From: a virus
Taxonomy: Duplodnaviria; Caudoviricetes
DNA: 44,030 bases
Virus record (IMG/VR): IMGVR_UViG_3300048579_000395
Span: 1 to 44,030 of that record
Reading direction: 5' to 3' (one strand)
A model generated the notes under the pieces. The model was given only the letters and a program-made list of their open reading frames with translations, was not told where the DNA came from and did not search any database. Position 1 is the first letter of the stretch. Each line of letters begins with the position of its first letter. Below, one piece after another: positions 30,488-40,762 of this stretch. Both the position numbers and the translations under genes were made by a program.

Positions 30488-32611
30488 ATGGCGCGCGTTC
30501 TCGAAGCCGAGGCACGGATTTCGGCGACCGATCGCACCGGCAATGTGTTCGGCCGCATCGCCGATAAAATCCGCGCCATCAACCGCGCCGGCGATGCGGT
30601 CAGCGGCTATTCCGGCCGGTTGGCCGCGATCGAGAGCAAGGCCGGAGCCGCCGGCCGCAAGCTGACGGCGGTCGGCCGTGGCATGACGGTCGGCGTCGGC
30701 CTGCCGGCCGCCATGGCGGGCCGCTCGATCCTGCACAGTCTGCATGACTTTGAGCTGGCGTCGAACAAGCTCAAGGCGTTCGGCGATCTCAACGACGAAC
30801 AACTCAAGTCGTCTCGCGAAACCGCGAAGCGCTACGGTCGTGACTATGCGTTCGGGCCGGAGGGTGTGATCAAAGGTATGGTCGAACAGATCAAGGCCGG
30901 GTTCGAGCCGCGCCACCTGGAGGCGATCCAGAAACCGATTCTCGACTTTGCCACGCTCGCCGAGATTGAAATTCCGAAGGCGTCCGAACTCTCGATCTTC
31001 GCCCTGGCGGGCTTCGGCAAGATGTACGACAAGACCGGCAAGATGCTCGATGCGAGCACGCTCAATCAGAATCTGCGCCAGCTCGTCGACCTGTTCGCCA
31101 TCCTCAACAAGGTCGCGCCCGGCTCGATTGAAGGGATTTCGGAGACATTCAAGTATTCCGCCGCGGCGGCGGCGCAACTGAAAGTGTCTCCCGAGCAATT
31201 GGGCGCCTTCACGGCGGTTCTGGCGCAAGCCGGCATCCTCGGCCCGGAGGCCGGCGTGGCGCTGCGCTCCATGATGGTGCGGTTCTTGAAGCCGACCCGG
31301 CCGGCGCTTGCCGCCGCCTCGGCGATCGGCATGAAGATCGACGACTATGTGATCAAGAACCCGGCGCTCTTGAAGCCGGAAAACATCCTCGGTGGCGTCG
31401 AGCAACAGACCGGCACGCTGTCGAAAAAGCAGCGCACCCGCTTCCTCGGCGACGTCGGCAAGCTCGGCGGCCTCGAAGGCGAAGGTTACGAAAAAGGCCT
31501 GATCGCCGCCATTCGCCGCATTGGCAAGGGCGACCTCAAGGACGCCGACACCGCCGGCGATCTCGCCACCCGGATCATGGGAACCGCGATCGAGAAAATC
31601 GATATCATGCGGTTCCTCAAGGATGCCGCCGGCAAGGCGCCGAACTTCGCCGCCTTCATGGCGCAGTTCATGGACCAGCGGCAGGCGGTGCGCCTCGCCA
31701 ATCTCGACAATGCCCGCGTGACCTACATGCTCACGCAAATGGAAGAGGAGTTGACCAAGGCGCGCGAGCGCGGCGGCTCGGTTTCGCGCGAGATGGCCGA
31801 CAAGATCAATTCCGGCCTGATCGACGCCGAGAACAAGTTACGCGGCTCGTATCAGAACCTCGTCCAGACGATCGGCGAGACCGGCATGACGGACGCGGCG
31901 ATCAAGACCATGGATGGTCTGGCGTCCGGCTTGAAGTCGATCGCGGAGCTCAATCCCAAGATACTGGAGTTTTCCACCTACGCGGCCGGCGCCGCGGTCG
32001 CGATCGGTCCTTTGGTCTGGTTCGTCGGCAAGCTGTCGTCGGCCGCCGGCGTGCTGTCCAAGCTGATCCTTGCCGTGGCGCCGGCCGCAGCCAATCCGGT
32101 CGTCGCCGGCGGCCTGTTGACTGCCGGCGCCATCGGAACGCTGCACGACGAAACCAAGCCGTATGAAGGCCTGACCAGCGGCGAACGTCTGCGGGGTCAA
32201 CGCGGCGGATCGCTGACCGATGCGCGGCGGCGCGCGTTCAATGCCGAGCGCGCGCGCCTCGGCCTTCCCGAGCTGCAGACACCGCCGCCGCCCGCGGCGG
32301 CGCCCGCCGCGCCGCCTATCGACCCGTCGGCTTGGGATCGTCCTGCCGCCGGTGGCCCGGCTTGGGACCCGTCCAATTGGGCCAAGGCTGTGCGTGACGG
32401 CCTCGCGGAGGCGCCGCCCGCAAAGGCCGAATTGACCGGCAATGCCGATGTCAACGTCAAGGTCGAAGTGGTGCCCTCGGCTGACTTCATGACGCGGATA
32501 CAGAGCATGATTTCGAACGCGATCACGAACGTGCGCGTCAACGGCGCGCCGCCGAGCGGTACGGCGGGATCGACCGGCAAGGCGATGCCGGAAGCGGGGC
32601 CGGCGCCATGA
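30488..32611 (+). CDS. Tail tape measure protein
   Basis: Ala-rich helical; ETFKY.A, AGVALRSMM core. Confidence 0.9.
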   Translation: MARVLEAEARISATDRTGNVFGRIADKIRAINRAGDAVSGYSGRLAAIESKAGAAGRKLTAVGRGMTVGVGLPAAMAGRSILHSLHDFELASNKLKAFGDLNDEQLKSSRETAKRYGRDYAFGPEGVIKGMVEQIKAGFEPRHLEAIQKPILDFATLAEIEIPKASELSIFALAGFGKMYDKTGKMLDASTLNQNLRQLVDLFAILNKVAPGSIEGISETFKYSAAAAAQLKVSPEQLGAFTAVLAQAGILGPEAGVALRSMMVRFLKPTRPALAAASAIGMKIDDYVIKNPALLKPENILGGVEQQTGTLSKKQRTRFLGDVGKLGGLEGEGYEKGLIAAIRRIGKGDLKDADTAGDLATRIMGTAIEKIDIMRFLKDAAGKAPNFAAFMAQFMDQRQAVRLANLDNARVTYMLTQMEEELTKARERGGSVSREMADKINSGLIDAENKLRGSYQNLVQTIGETGMTDAAIKTMDGLASGLKSIAELNPKILEFSTYAAGAAVAIGPLVWFVGKLSSAAGVLSKLILAVAPAAANPVVAGGLLTAGAIGTLHDETKPYEGLTSGERLRGQRGGSLTDARRRAFNAERARLGLPELQTPPPPAAAPAAPPIDPSAWDRPAAGGPAWDPSNWAKAVRDGLAEAPPAKAELTGNADVNVKVEVVPSADFMTRIQSMISNAITNVRVNGAPPSGTAGSTGKAMPEAGPAP

Positions 32612-33879
32612 CGGAATGTCGCGACTGGCTGACGTCCCTGTGGCCGGGCTCCTACAAGGGGGTGTCGTTCTGGTTCGAGAGCGACGACGAGAGCGGCGGG
32701 CGTGGGCTCGTCATCCATGAATTCCCGCACCGTGACGACCCGTTCGTCGAGGACCTCGGCGAGGCGCCGCGCTTCTTCGAAGGCGCGATCTATATCCATG
32801 GCGACGACGTCGACGCTCAAGCCGCGCGACTGACGGAAACCTTTGCCAGTAAGGGGCCGGGCTCGCTGGTGCTGCCGATCCGCGGTCCTGTGTCGGTCCA
32901 TTGCCAGGAATTCCGCCGCAGTCATCAGCGCGACAAGCTCGGTTATGTGGCCTACACGGCCAAATTCGTGCGTGCTGGCGCCGCCGGCTCATTAGTGTCG
33001 CTGCCCTATGCGGCGCGCCTGGTGACGGATGCGGCCGACCGTCTGGCGGCGGCGCTTGCGGGTCTGTTTCCGCGCCGCGTCGCAACGCTGGCGCAGCCGG
33101 ATTTCGTCGTCGCGGCCGCCGTCGAGGGTGTCCAGGCGGCGGCGGCGGCGCTCGATGTGGTGCGGCTGCAGAATGCGGTCGATCCGGCGACCTCGGCCAA
33201 GGTTCGCGAGGGTGTCACGGCGCTGGTCGCCTCGGCGCCTCTGTTGCTGTCGCGATCGGATACGCCCGGCGAGGCGAGCGACCTCCTTGCCGTGCTGCCG
33301 GAGATCGGCGCCGCGACCGGCGCCGAGGCACTGGCCGCGGGCCTGGTCGCGGCCGTGCGCCGGCTCGCCGACGCCATGCCGGCGCCGGCGGCGCAAGCCG
33401 CCATGGCCGACTACATCGGCGCCCACGATGTGGCGCGCGCTGACACCTATCTGGCGCCGACGGCCGCGCGCGCCGCTGAGAACGTCGCCGAGGTGGCGCG
33501 TCTCGCCCGTCTCGCCGGCCTCACGGCTTGGGCCGAGGCGCTGATGCGGCGCAACTATGCCAGCCGGCCGGACGGTGTGACGGCGCGGGGCGAGGCGGCC
33601 GAACGGTTCGAGGACGAAATGGCGGCCTGTTTCGGCGCCGCCGACGCGGCGCTCTATATCGCCATCGGGGCGTTGCGCGATGCCGTGGTCGACTATCTCA
33701 CGGCCTTGATCGTCGACCTCGCGCCGGTCGTGACGGTCGAATCCTCGGCCATCATGCCATCCCTGTGGTGGTCGTGGCGGCTCTACGCCACGCCGGCGCG
33801 GGCGGGTGAGCTGGTCGGGCGCAACGGGGTGCGGCACCCGTCATTCATGCCGCGCCGGTTCCAGGCGCTGGCGAGTTAG
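32608..33879 (+). CDS. Mu gpN-like DNA circularization protein
   Basis: SYKGVSF, GGR..VIHEFP.RD..FVEDLG; RLY...RN..RHPSFMP. Confidence 0.9.
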   Translation: MTECRDWLTSLWPGSYKGVSFWFESDDESGGRGLVIHEFPHRDDPFVEDLGEAPRFFEGAIYIHGDDVDAQAARLTETFASKGPGSLVLPIRGPVSVHCQEFRRSHQRDKLGYVAYTAKFVRAGAAGSLVSLPYAARLVTDAADRLAAALAGLFPRRVATLAQPDFVVAAAVEGVQAAAAALDVVRLQNAVDPATSAKVREGVTALVASAPLLLSRSDTPGEASDLLAVLPEIGAATGAEALAAGLVAAVRRLADAMPAPAAQAAMADYIGAHDVARADTYLAPTAARAAENVAEVARLARLAGLTAWAEALMRRNYASRPDGVTARGEAAERFEDEMAACFGAADAALYIAIGALRDAVVDYLTALIVDLAPVVTVESSAIMPSLWWSWRLYATPARAGELVGRNGVRHPSFMPRRFQALAS

Positions 33880-33891
33880 GGCTTAAGGCAC

Positions 33892-34947
33892 ATGGGCGAG
33901 GAATTCGTCACGGTCGTCGCCGGCGGTCGCCGATGGACCGCGTTCCGCCGCGTCATGGTCGACGCGGCCATCAACGAGGCGGCGCGCTCGTTCCGGATCG
34001 AGATCGCGGCCGAGGACTCGCCCGGCGACGCGGTCGCGGCCTTTTTCGCCGGCAAGCCGGTCGAAATCTATTTCGGCGGCGATCTCGTCCTGAGCGGTTA
34101 CGTCGATCGCTATCAACCGCGCATCGGCGAGCATTCGACCGCCGAGATTGCGGTATCGGGCCGCTCGAAAGGGCAAGACTTGATCGATTCCTCCGCCGAG
34201 CATGAGACCGGCCGGTTCCGCAACAAGACGCCTTTGGAGATCGGCCAGGAACTGGACCGCTCCGGCGTCGGCTTCACCACTGACCAGCAACTGGACAAGG
34301 TCGAAAAATACCAGATCACGCCGGGCGAGACCGTGTTTCGCTGCATCGAGAAGCTGTGCCGGGCGCAAGGCGTGACCCTGTCGGGCCAGCCCGACGGCTC
34401 GATCACGATTACCAAGGCGAGCAACAAGCGCCATGCCGGTGCCCTCGTCGAGGGCCGCAACATGAAGATCGGCGAGGCCGATCACAACTGGAGCGGCCGA
34501 CACTCCAAGGTGATCGTGCGCGGGCAACGCCCGTTCGGTCATGGCCCGGATGCGCTCGAAATCGAGGCGGTGGCGCGCGATGCGTCGGTCAAGCGCAACC
34601 GGCCCGTGATCGTGATCCAGGATGACGATACCGACAAGAAACGCGCCGGCAAGCGCGCCCGCGCCCGGCGCGACCGCGAGGCCGGCAACTCGTTGCGGGC
34701 CAACGCGACCACGCAAGGGTTTCGCGACGAGGCCGGGCAGATATGGACACCCGGCCTGCTGGTGTGGACGGAAAGCCCGTTCCTCGTGCTTGCTCAAGAC
34801 ATGGTGATCGAGAAGGTCACCTATTCGCAGGAGCGCGGCAAGGGCAGCGAAAGCGTGTTGACGCTCACCGATCCGCGCGCCCATGGCGGGCAGTCCAAGG
34901 GCGGCAAGTCCGGCGAAGGCTGGGCCACGGACGCGGGGGACGAATAG
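33892..34947 (+). CDS. Baseplate hub (Mu gp44/gpP-like)
   Basis: GYVD, GRSK..DLIDSS, PGETVF, LVEGRN. Confidence 0.9.
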   Translation: MGEEFVTVVAGGRRWTAFRRVMVDAAINEAARSFRIEIAAEDSPGDAVAAFFAGKPVEIYFGGDLVLSGYVDRYQPRIGEHSTAEIAVSGRSKGQDLIDSSAEHETGRFRNKTPLEIGQELDRSGVGFTTDQQLDKVEKYQITPGETVFRCIEKLCRAQGVTLSGQPDGSITITKASNKRHAGALVEGRNMKIGEADHNWSGRHSKVIVRGQRPFGHGPDALEIEAVARDASVKRNRPVIVIQDDDTDKKRAGKRARARRDREAGNSLRANATTQGFRDEAGQIWTPGLLVWTESPFLVLAQDMVIEKVTYSQERGKGSESVLTLTDPRAHGGQSKGGKSGEGWATDAGDE

Positions 34948-34949
34948 CC

Positions 34950-35438
34950 ATGTGGCTCTGGTTTCCGGAAGGACAAGAGGGCGTCGTCGCCCAACTGCGC
35001 CGTGGCACGCTGGTCAAGACCGACGATCGCGGCTCGCAACAGTTGCTCGACGTCACCGGGCTCAAATCCGAGGATCTGAAAGAGATCGTCCGTGTGCAAC
35101 CGCACGGCTTCACGTCCCATGCGCCGCAGAAATCCGAGGGGCTGTTTTTGTCCCTCGGCGGTCGCTCCGACCGCATCCTCGCACTCGGGTTTGAGCACAA
35201 GGACAAGCGCATCCGCAACCTGCCGGAAGGCGCGGCGGTGCTCTACGACGACAAGGGTAATGTGGTCTACGTCAAGGGCAGTGACGGCATCGCGGTGCAC
35301 GCCAAAGAGGGCAAGGTCACCGTCAAGCCCGGTGGCGGCAAGAACGTCTATCTGGGCGGCGACGGTACGGACGGTGCCTATGCGCGTGTCGTGACCGAGG
35401 AAGGCCCGTCCATCAACGTCTACGCCAAGGTCGGGTGA
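34950..35438 (+). CDS. Baseplate spike (Mu gp45-like)
   Basis: Q.HGFTSH.P, LGGRSD, GAAVLYD. Confidence 0.85.
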   Translation: MWLWFPEGQEGVVAQLRRGTLVKTDDRGSQQLLDVTGLKSEDLKEIVRVQPHGFTSHAPQKSEGLFLSLGGRSDRILALGFEHKDKRIRNLPEGAAVLYDDKGNVVYVKGSDGIAVHAKEGKVTVKPGGGKNVYLGGDGTDGAYARVVTEEGPSINVYAKVG

Positions 35439-35442
35439 ACCC

Positions 35443-35970
35443 ATGGCCGATGTCGTCATCCGCGCCGCCGAAGGCTGCGACGCCGATCCGTTCCTGTTGT
35501 GGAACTCGCGTTGGTCGCCCGGCCGCGGAGGCGCCGACTGGCAACTGTCCGCCGGCGGGCTTGCGTCCGACGCCGCGCTTGAAACAGCCATCACGCTGGC
35601 GCTGTTCACCGATCGGCGCGTGCCGGCGGACCACCCGCTGGCGTGGCTTGCCGACGGCGACCCGCGCGGTTGGTGGGGCGACGGCGTCGACGTGCGCGCC
35701 GATCTCTACGAGGCCGAGCTCGGCTCGCTCCTGTGGCTCCTGGAGCGGGCGCCGTTGACGTTCCGCACCTCCATGTCGCGATGGGCCGAGACCTTCGCAC
35801 GCGACGCCCTGGCGTCGCTCCTGACCCAACGGGCAGTCGTGCGGATCGAGGTGGCGGCGAGCGTCGACGAGATCGCCAGCCGGCTCGATCTCGCCGTGAG
35901 CCTGTTCGGGCGCGACGGCGCCAATGTCTACGATCGCAAATTCGAACTCGTCTGGGATCAAATCGGGTAA
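35443..35970 (+). CDS. Mu gp46-like baseplate protein
   Basis: LETAI.LALFTD, RGWWGD, GSLLWLL.R. Confidence 0.9.
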   Translation: MADVVIRAAEGCDADPFLLWNSRWSPGRGGADWQLSAGGLASDAALETAITLALFTDRRVPADHPLAWLADGDPRGWWGDGVDVRADLYEAELGSLLWLLERAPLTFRTSMSRWAETFARDALASLLTQRAVVRIEVAASVDEIASRLDLAVSLFGRDGANVYDRKFELVWDQIG

Positions 35971-35975
35971 CCGAC

Positions 35976-37109
35976 ATGTTCGCCATTCCGACGTTACGAG
36001 ACTTGACCGAGCGTTCTCGGCGTTCGTTCCGCGCAAACCTGCCCGGCTCTGACGCGTGGCTATGGCCGAACAACGTCTATGCCAGCGCCAAAGTACTTGC
36101 CGGCATGGTGTTCGAGGTGTTCGGCTTCGCCGATTACATCTATCGCCAACGCTTCGCAGGGCTGGCGGACAGCGAGAACCTCGATCTGCACGGGCAGGAA
36201 TTCGGCCTGGCGCGGCGGCCGGCGGCGCCGGCGCGGGGCTACGTCACCTTGACGGCGGCGGCCGGCGTGACGGTAGACGCCGGCGCGCGCTTCTCGCGCA
36301 CCGATGGGGTCGAATACGGTGCGACCGTTCCGGCCTATCTTCCCGCCGCCGGCACCCTCGACGTGGAAGTGGTCGCGGCGAGCGATGGCAAGACCACGAA
36401 TGCGGAAGGCGGCACGCCGTTGACGATCGTCTCCGGCGTCACGGTCACGTCCGGCGACGTCCTGGCCGTGGTCGCGTCCGACGGCATCGCCGCCGGCGCC
36501 GACGTCGAGCCGGACGGCGCCGAATGGACAACCGACCTCGGCACGTTCCGGGGCCGCATTCTGTTTCGCAAGCGCAATCCGCCCCATGGGGGCGCGCCGT
36601 CCGATTACGTCATGTGGGCCGCCGAGGTCTCGGGCGTGACGCGAGTGTTCGTCGAGCGGTTGTGGAACGGCGCCGGCACGGTGCGGGTGTTCGTCGTCAT
36701 GGATGAACTCTATGCGAACGGTATCCCGCCTGCCGGCGAGATCGACCGGGTCGCCGATCACGTGGCGCTCGTGCAGCCGGCGGCGGCAATCGTGACGTTT
36801 GCGGCGCCGATCCCGAAGGTGATCGACGTCCGGATTTCCGGCCTGTCGCCCGACACGATCGTGTTGCGCGAGGCCGTGCTCGCCGAGCTGCGGGCTGCGT
36901 TCCGGCGTCTGTCACGGGTCGCCGGGGCTGATCAACCGCGCGGCGGCATGCCGTATCTGGCAACGCCCGTCTCGTTCTCGCGCTCATGGGCTTGGCAGGC
37001 GGTCGCCAATGCGAGCGGCGAGGAGCGCCACGAGATCGTCGCGCCGCCGGCCGACGTCACGCTGTTGCCCGGCGAAATGCCGGTGCTCGGTACCGTGACG
37101 TTCGTCTAG
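35976..37109 (+). CDS. Baseplate J / Mu gp47-like protein
   Basis: LDLHG, PHGGA.SDY..WA, G.GTV.V. Confidence 0.92.
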   Translation: MFAIPTLRDLTERSRRSFRANLPGSDAWLWPNNVYASAKVLAGMVFEVFGFADYIYRQRFAGLADSENLDLHGQEFGLARRPAAPARGYVTLTAAAGVTVDAGARFSRTDGVEYGATVPAYLPAAGTLDVEVVAASDGKTTNAEGGTPLTIVSGVTVTSGDVLAVVASDGIAAGADVEPDGAEWTTDLGTFRGRILFRKRNPPHGGAPSDYVMWAAEVSGVTRVFVERLWNGAGTVRVFVVMDELYANGIPPAGEIDRVADHVALVQPAAAIVTFAAPIPKVIDVRISGLSPDTIVLREAVLAELRAAFRRLSRVAGADQPRGGMPYLATPVSFSRSWAWQAVANASGEERHEIVAPPADVTLLPGEMPVLGTVTFV

Positions 37110-37121
37110 AAGGATCAAAAC

Positions 37122-37832
37122 ATGTCCTGCCCGGCCGATCGTCCGGCGCCGCTGCGCTGTCCGGCGCTAGAGGAGTCGATCGACGCGACCGTGAAGCTCT
37201 TGCCGCGTGGTCGCGCGTGGCCCGTCAACGACGGCGGCTCGACCATGGCGCGCTTTCTCGCTTGGCTCGCCGTGCTGTCGTCGGCACCGGTGGTCGATAC
37301 GTGGCCGGTCGGGTTTGTCCAGGCGGGGTACTTCGCCGCCGTCGGCGCCGTGCGCAACTATCTCGAAACTCGCCTTTGCGCCCTGCGGCTGGAGTTCTGG
37401 TGCGCGACCCATTCCGAGACGCGCGATCTGTGGATGCTCGAATACGGGTTGCCAGACGATTGCGATCCTTTCCCTGACCTGTGCACCAAGGTGGCGGCGA
37501 CCGGCGGCGCCACATGCGACTACTTGAATTCCATCGTGTCGCGTATCGGCTGGCGTGTGGACTGCCTCAACATGCAGGAACAATGCGGCGCCAAGGTCGG
37601 CTGTTCGCGCGCCGGCACCGCGCGTGCGGGCTGGTCGCGCCGTGTCGGGCTGGTGCTGCGGGTTCACACGGGTGAACTGCCCTTGCCGACGCGTCGCTCG
37701 CTCTTGCCGCGCGTCGGCTGCTTCCGGGCTGGACGACGTCCCTCATGCGCCGTCGCGCCGAGCATCGCGCCGGTGCGGTGCCTCATGGATCGCATCGCGC
37801 CCGCGCATGCGGTGATCGAATACGTGACTTGA
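37122..37832 (+). CDS. Mu gp48/DUF2313-like baseplate protein
   Basis: LLPRGRAW, W..EYGLPD.C, PAH. Confidence 0.85.
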   Translation: MSCPADRPAPLRCPALEESIDATVKLLPRGRAWPVNDGGSTMARFLAWLAVLSSAPVVDTWPVGFVQAGYFAAVGAVRNYLETRLCALRLEFWCATHSETRDLWMLEYGLPDDCDPFPDLCTKVAATGGATCDYLNSIVSRIGWRVDCLNMQEQCGAKVGCSRAGTARAGWSRRVGLVLRVHTGELPLPTRRSLLPRVGCFRAGRRPSCAVAPSIAPVRCLMDRIAPAHAVIEYVT

Positions 37833-37866
37833 TCCGCCTCGTCGCGCTCAACATGGAGACAATTCG

Positions 37867-39168
37867 ATGACTGATATTCTCGGACCGGCATGCGACAACG
37901 CCGTGACGACGCGGCCGGTGCGCACCATCGTGCGCGAGGCCATCGATACGTGGTTCAAGGACTGCACCGAATCCGACGACGGCACGGCGCTGCCGGCGGA
38001 CTGGTTCAACGACATGTTGGCGCAGTTGCGTACCGCCTTCATCAACTCCGGCATCGTGAGGGACAATGCCGACGACATGTTGTGGCGCGCGATCCAGTCG
38101 GCCGGCTTGCGCTATGCGGTCGATTCGAGTGCGACGCCAAACTCGATCATTGCCGCCTTCACGCCACCGGTGACATCTCTGTACGGTGGCCTGCCGCTGG
38201 CGGTGAAGATCGCCAAGACGAACACCGGCGCGGTGATGCTGGCGGCGAACGATCAAGCCACCAAGGCGGTGAAGGCGCCTGATGGGTCTGATCTGATCGC
38301 CGGTGCGTGGCCTGCCGGGGCCGTCGGCCTGGTGATCTACGACGGCACTGTATATCAACTGCTCGGCGCGCCCATGAACGTGCTGACGGGTCCTCGCGTC
38401 TATTATGTGAACGGAGCGACCGGAAGCGACGCCAACAACGGCCTCACGGCAGGAACGGCGTTCGCGACCCTGCAGAAAGCGGCGGACACGATACGGCTCT
38501 ACAACCTCAATGGTTACAACGTCACGGTCAACGCGGCTAATTACGCCAGCTATGCGCCGGTCGTCTTGCCGCCGTTGAATGGATCAGGCTACGTGTCTTT
38601 CGTCGGCAATCCCGGGAGCCCGTCGAGTTGCGCCATCGTGGCCGCATCCGGGCCCGCCGTCCTCTCCGCAGGCCCTGGCTATTCGTTCAACGGCTTCAAG
38701 CTCAGTAGTGCGGCCGACAACGCCGTCACGGGTGCGCCTGGGTGCGGTGTGCAGGCGGTGTCAGGGATGTTCTCGATCTTCAATATTGAGTTCGGCGCCT
38801 GCGCCACCGCGCATATGTGGGTCGATCCGGACGCGATGCTGCGGATCGGCAAGCCGTCGGTGATCAAGCTGTCCGGTGGGGCGATGTACTGCATCGCCGC
38901 CCAACGCGGAGGCGTCGTCACGTACGACTCGACCGTCGGCAGCTCGGTGTCGGCGTCGCTGGTCATCTCCGCGCCAATCACGGTTACGGATTTCTATTAT
39001 GCAACCGAGCGGGCGGGAATCACCGTCAATTGGTCCAGCGTCACCAACAATTCGAACGTGACCGGACGTCGGTTCAACGTGTCGATGAACGCGACGCTCA
39101 ACGTTGCGGGGCAGACGGCGCCCGGAACTGTGGCCGGCATTCAGCCCACGGGCGGCCAAGTGCAATAA
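37867..39168 (+). CDS. Tail fibre/spike 1 (baseplate anchor plus beta-helix-like region)
   Basis: ADWFN anchor; NTGA; YYVNGATGSD.N.GLT...AFATLQKA. Confidence 0.8.
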   Translation: MTDILGPACDNAVTTRPVRTIVREAIDTWFKDCTESDDGTALPADWFNDMLAQLRTAFINSGIVRDNADDMLWRAIQSAGLRYAVDSSATPNSIIAAFTPPVTSLYGGLPLAVKIAKTNTGAVMLAANDQATKAVKAPDGSDLIAGAWPAGAVGLVIYDGTVYQLLGAPMNVLTGPRVYYVNGATGSDANNGLTAGTAFATLQKAADTIRLYNLNGYNVTVNAANYASYAPVVLPPLNGSGYVSFVGNPGSPSSCAIVAASGPAVLSAGPGYSFNGFKLSSAADNAVTGAPGCGVQAVSGMFSIFNIEFGACATAHMWVDPDAMLRIGKPSVIKLSGGAMYCIAAQRGGVVTYDSTVGSSVSASLVISAPITVTDFYYATERAGITVNWSSVTNNSNVTGRRFNVSMNATLNVAGQTAPGTVAGIQPTGGQVQ

Positions 39169-39201
39169 GTCAAATCGATCCTAAGCGAATGAGGGCGCAT
39201 C

Positions 39202-39708
39202 ATGCCGCGCGTCAACTTTTCAACCACGAACGACGCCGATTTCGTCCGCGCCTTCGTGCTCGCCGTCGGCTATCCGGCGTGGGATGCCGATACGGTCTAC
39301 GGGGCCGGCGACGTGCGCGATTACGGCGGCAAGGTCTGGACCGCTGCCGCGACCTCAAAGGGGGTAGCTCCCGGCTCCGACGGAACCAAATGGACGGCCA
39401 CCGCCCGGCCGACCTTCGATCTCACCGGCTCGGTGCTCGTCTATGCGATCCGCCGGCGTGCCGGCGACGCCGATGCCCTTGTCATGCTGCGCAGCGACGA
39501 GGCCGATCCGGACGCGAGCCGCCTCGTCGTCACCAGTGCGGCCGGCGGGGCGTTCACGTTGACCCTGTGCTTTCACTCGTCGCCGGTGCTGCGCAACGGC
39601 ATGGCGCCGGGCGACTACGTGCACGCGCTTGTGCGCATCCGCCCGGACGGATTGCGCGAGGAGCGATGGCGCGGCGTCATCACCCATGAGGCGGGGCCGG
39701 CACGATGA
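39202..39708 (+). CDS. Tail adaptor with CBM5/12-like insert
   Basis: PAWDADTVYGAGDVRDYGGKVWTA inserted before DLTG. Confidence 0.6.
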   Translation: MPRVNFSTTNDADFVRAFVLAVGYPAWDADTVYGAGDVRDYGGKVWTAAATSKGVAPGSDGTKWTATARPTFDLTGSVLVYAIRRRAGDADALVMLRSDEADPDASRLVVTSAAGGAFTLTLCFHSSPVLRNGMAPGDYVHALVRIRPDGLREERWRGVITHEAGPAR

Positions 39709-40751
39709 GCGGCGTCGAGGTGATCCAGGAGGCGGGCGCGGTCGTGGTCGTGGCGGCGCCGGACGATGTCGCCGTCGTCACGCTTCCGGAACAGGGGCCT
39801 CAGGGGCCGAAAGGCGCCGATGGCGGTACGGGGGCGGCCGGTCCGATAGGGCCGCCCGGCCCGACCGGCGGCCTTGGGCCGAGGGGGTATACGGGTGAGA
39901 CGGGGCCGGCGGCCTGGGCGACGCCGCCGGTTGCCTGGGCGAGCGGCCTCGTGTGCGTCGCGACGGCGCCGGCGACCGTCGTCACTTATGACGGCGAAAC
40001 CTTCGTGTGCAAGACGCCGCACACGGCGGGCGGTTCGTTCGATGCCGTCAAGTTCACGAAGGTCGCCGCCAAGGCGACGCTCGACGCACACACGCACACG
40101 CTGGCGCAGATCGTCGATGCCGGCACCGCCGCCGGCAAGAACGTCGGCACGTCGGCCGGCAACGTGGTCGAAGTGCAGACCGGCGGCAAGCTGCCGGCGC
40201 TCGACGGATCGCAGTTGACCGGCTTCGGTATGGTGCCTGTCGGGGCGACGATCTGGGTCAATGGGACCTCGGCGCCGGCGGGCTTCATCAAGGAAAACGG
40301 GGCCGAACTCTCGCGGGCGACCTATGCGGCGCTGTGGGCGTATGCACAGGCCTCCGGCCGCGTCGTAACGGAGGCGGCGTGGTCGGCGGGGGATTCGGGC
40401 GCTTTTTCGTCTGGCAACGGATCGACCACGTTCCGCATCCCGGACGGTCGCGGCGAATTCGTGCGTGGCCTCGACGATGGCCGCGGCGTCGATGCCTCGC
40501 GCGCGCTCGGTTCGCGGCAGGCGGATGCCATGCAGGGCCACCGCCACTATCGCAACACGGCCGGGAGTGCCGAGCGGCCGTATATAGAGGGTACCGGATA
40601 TACGGACGCTCTCGCGGGCTCGAATTCAGTGATTCTGGCAAACCAGATAGTGACCGGTTCGCCGGTCACGGACGGCGCCAACGGTACGCCGCGCACCGCC
40701 GCCGAGACGCGTCCGCGCAACGTCTCAAAACTCGCCTGCATCAAATATTGA
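39705..40751 (+). CDS. Tail fibre 2 (collagen repeat, CBM-like module, tail collar)
   Basis: 13 GXY triplets at 39795-39911; PVGA...NG..LSRATYAALW...TFRIPD.RGEF.RG; ETRPRN. Confidence 0.9.
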   Translation: MSGVEVIQEAGAVVVVAAPDDVAVVTLPEQGPQGPKGADGGTGAAGPIGPPGPTGGLGPRGYTGETGPAAWATPPVAWASGLVCVATAPATVVTYDGETFVCKTPHTAGGSFDAVKFTKVAAKATLDAHTHTLAQIVDAGTAAGKNVGTSAGNVVEVQTGGKLPALDGSQLTGFGMVPVGATIWVNGTSAPAGFIKENGAELSRATYAALWAYAQASGRVVTEAAWSAGDSGAFSSGNGSTTFRIPDGRGEFVRGLDDGRGVDASRALGSRQADAMQGHRHYRNTAGSAERPYIEGTGYTDALAGSNSVILANQIVTGSPVTDGANGTPRTAAETRPRNVSKLACIKY

Positions 40752-40762
40752 GGGTTACAGCC

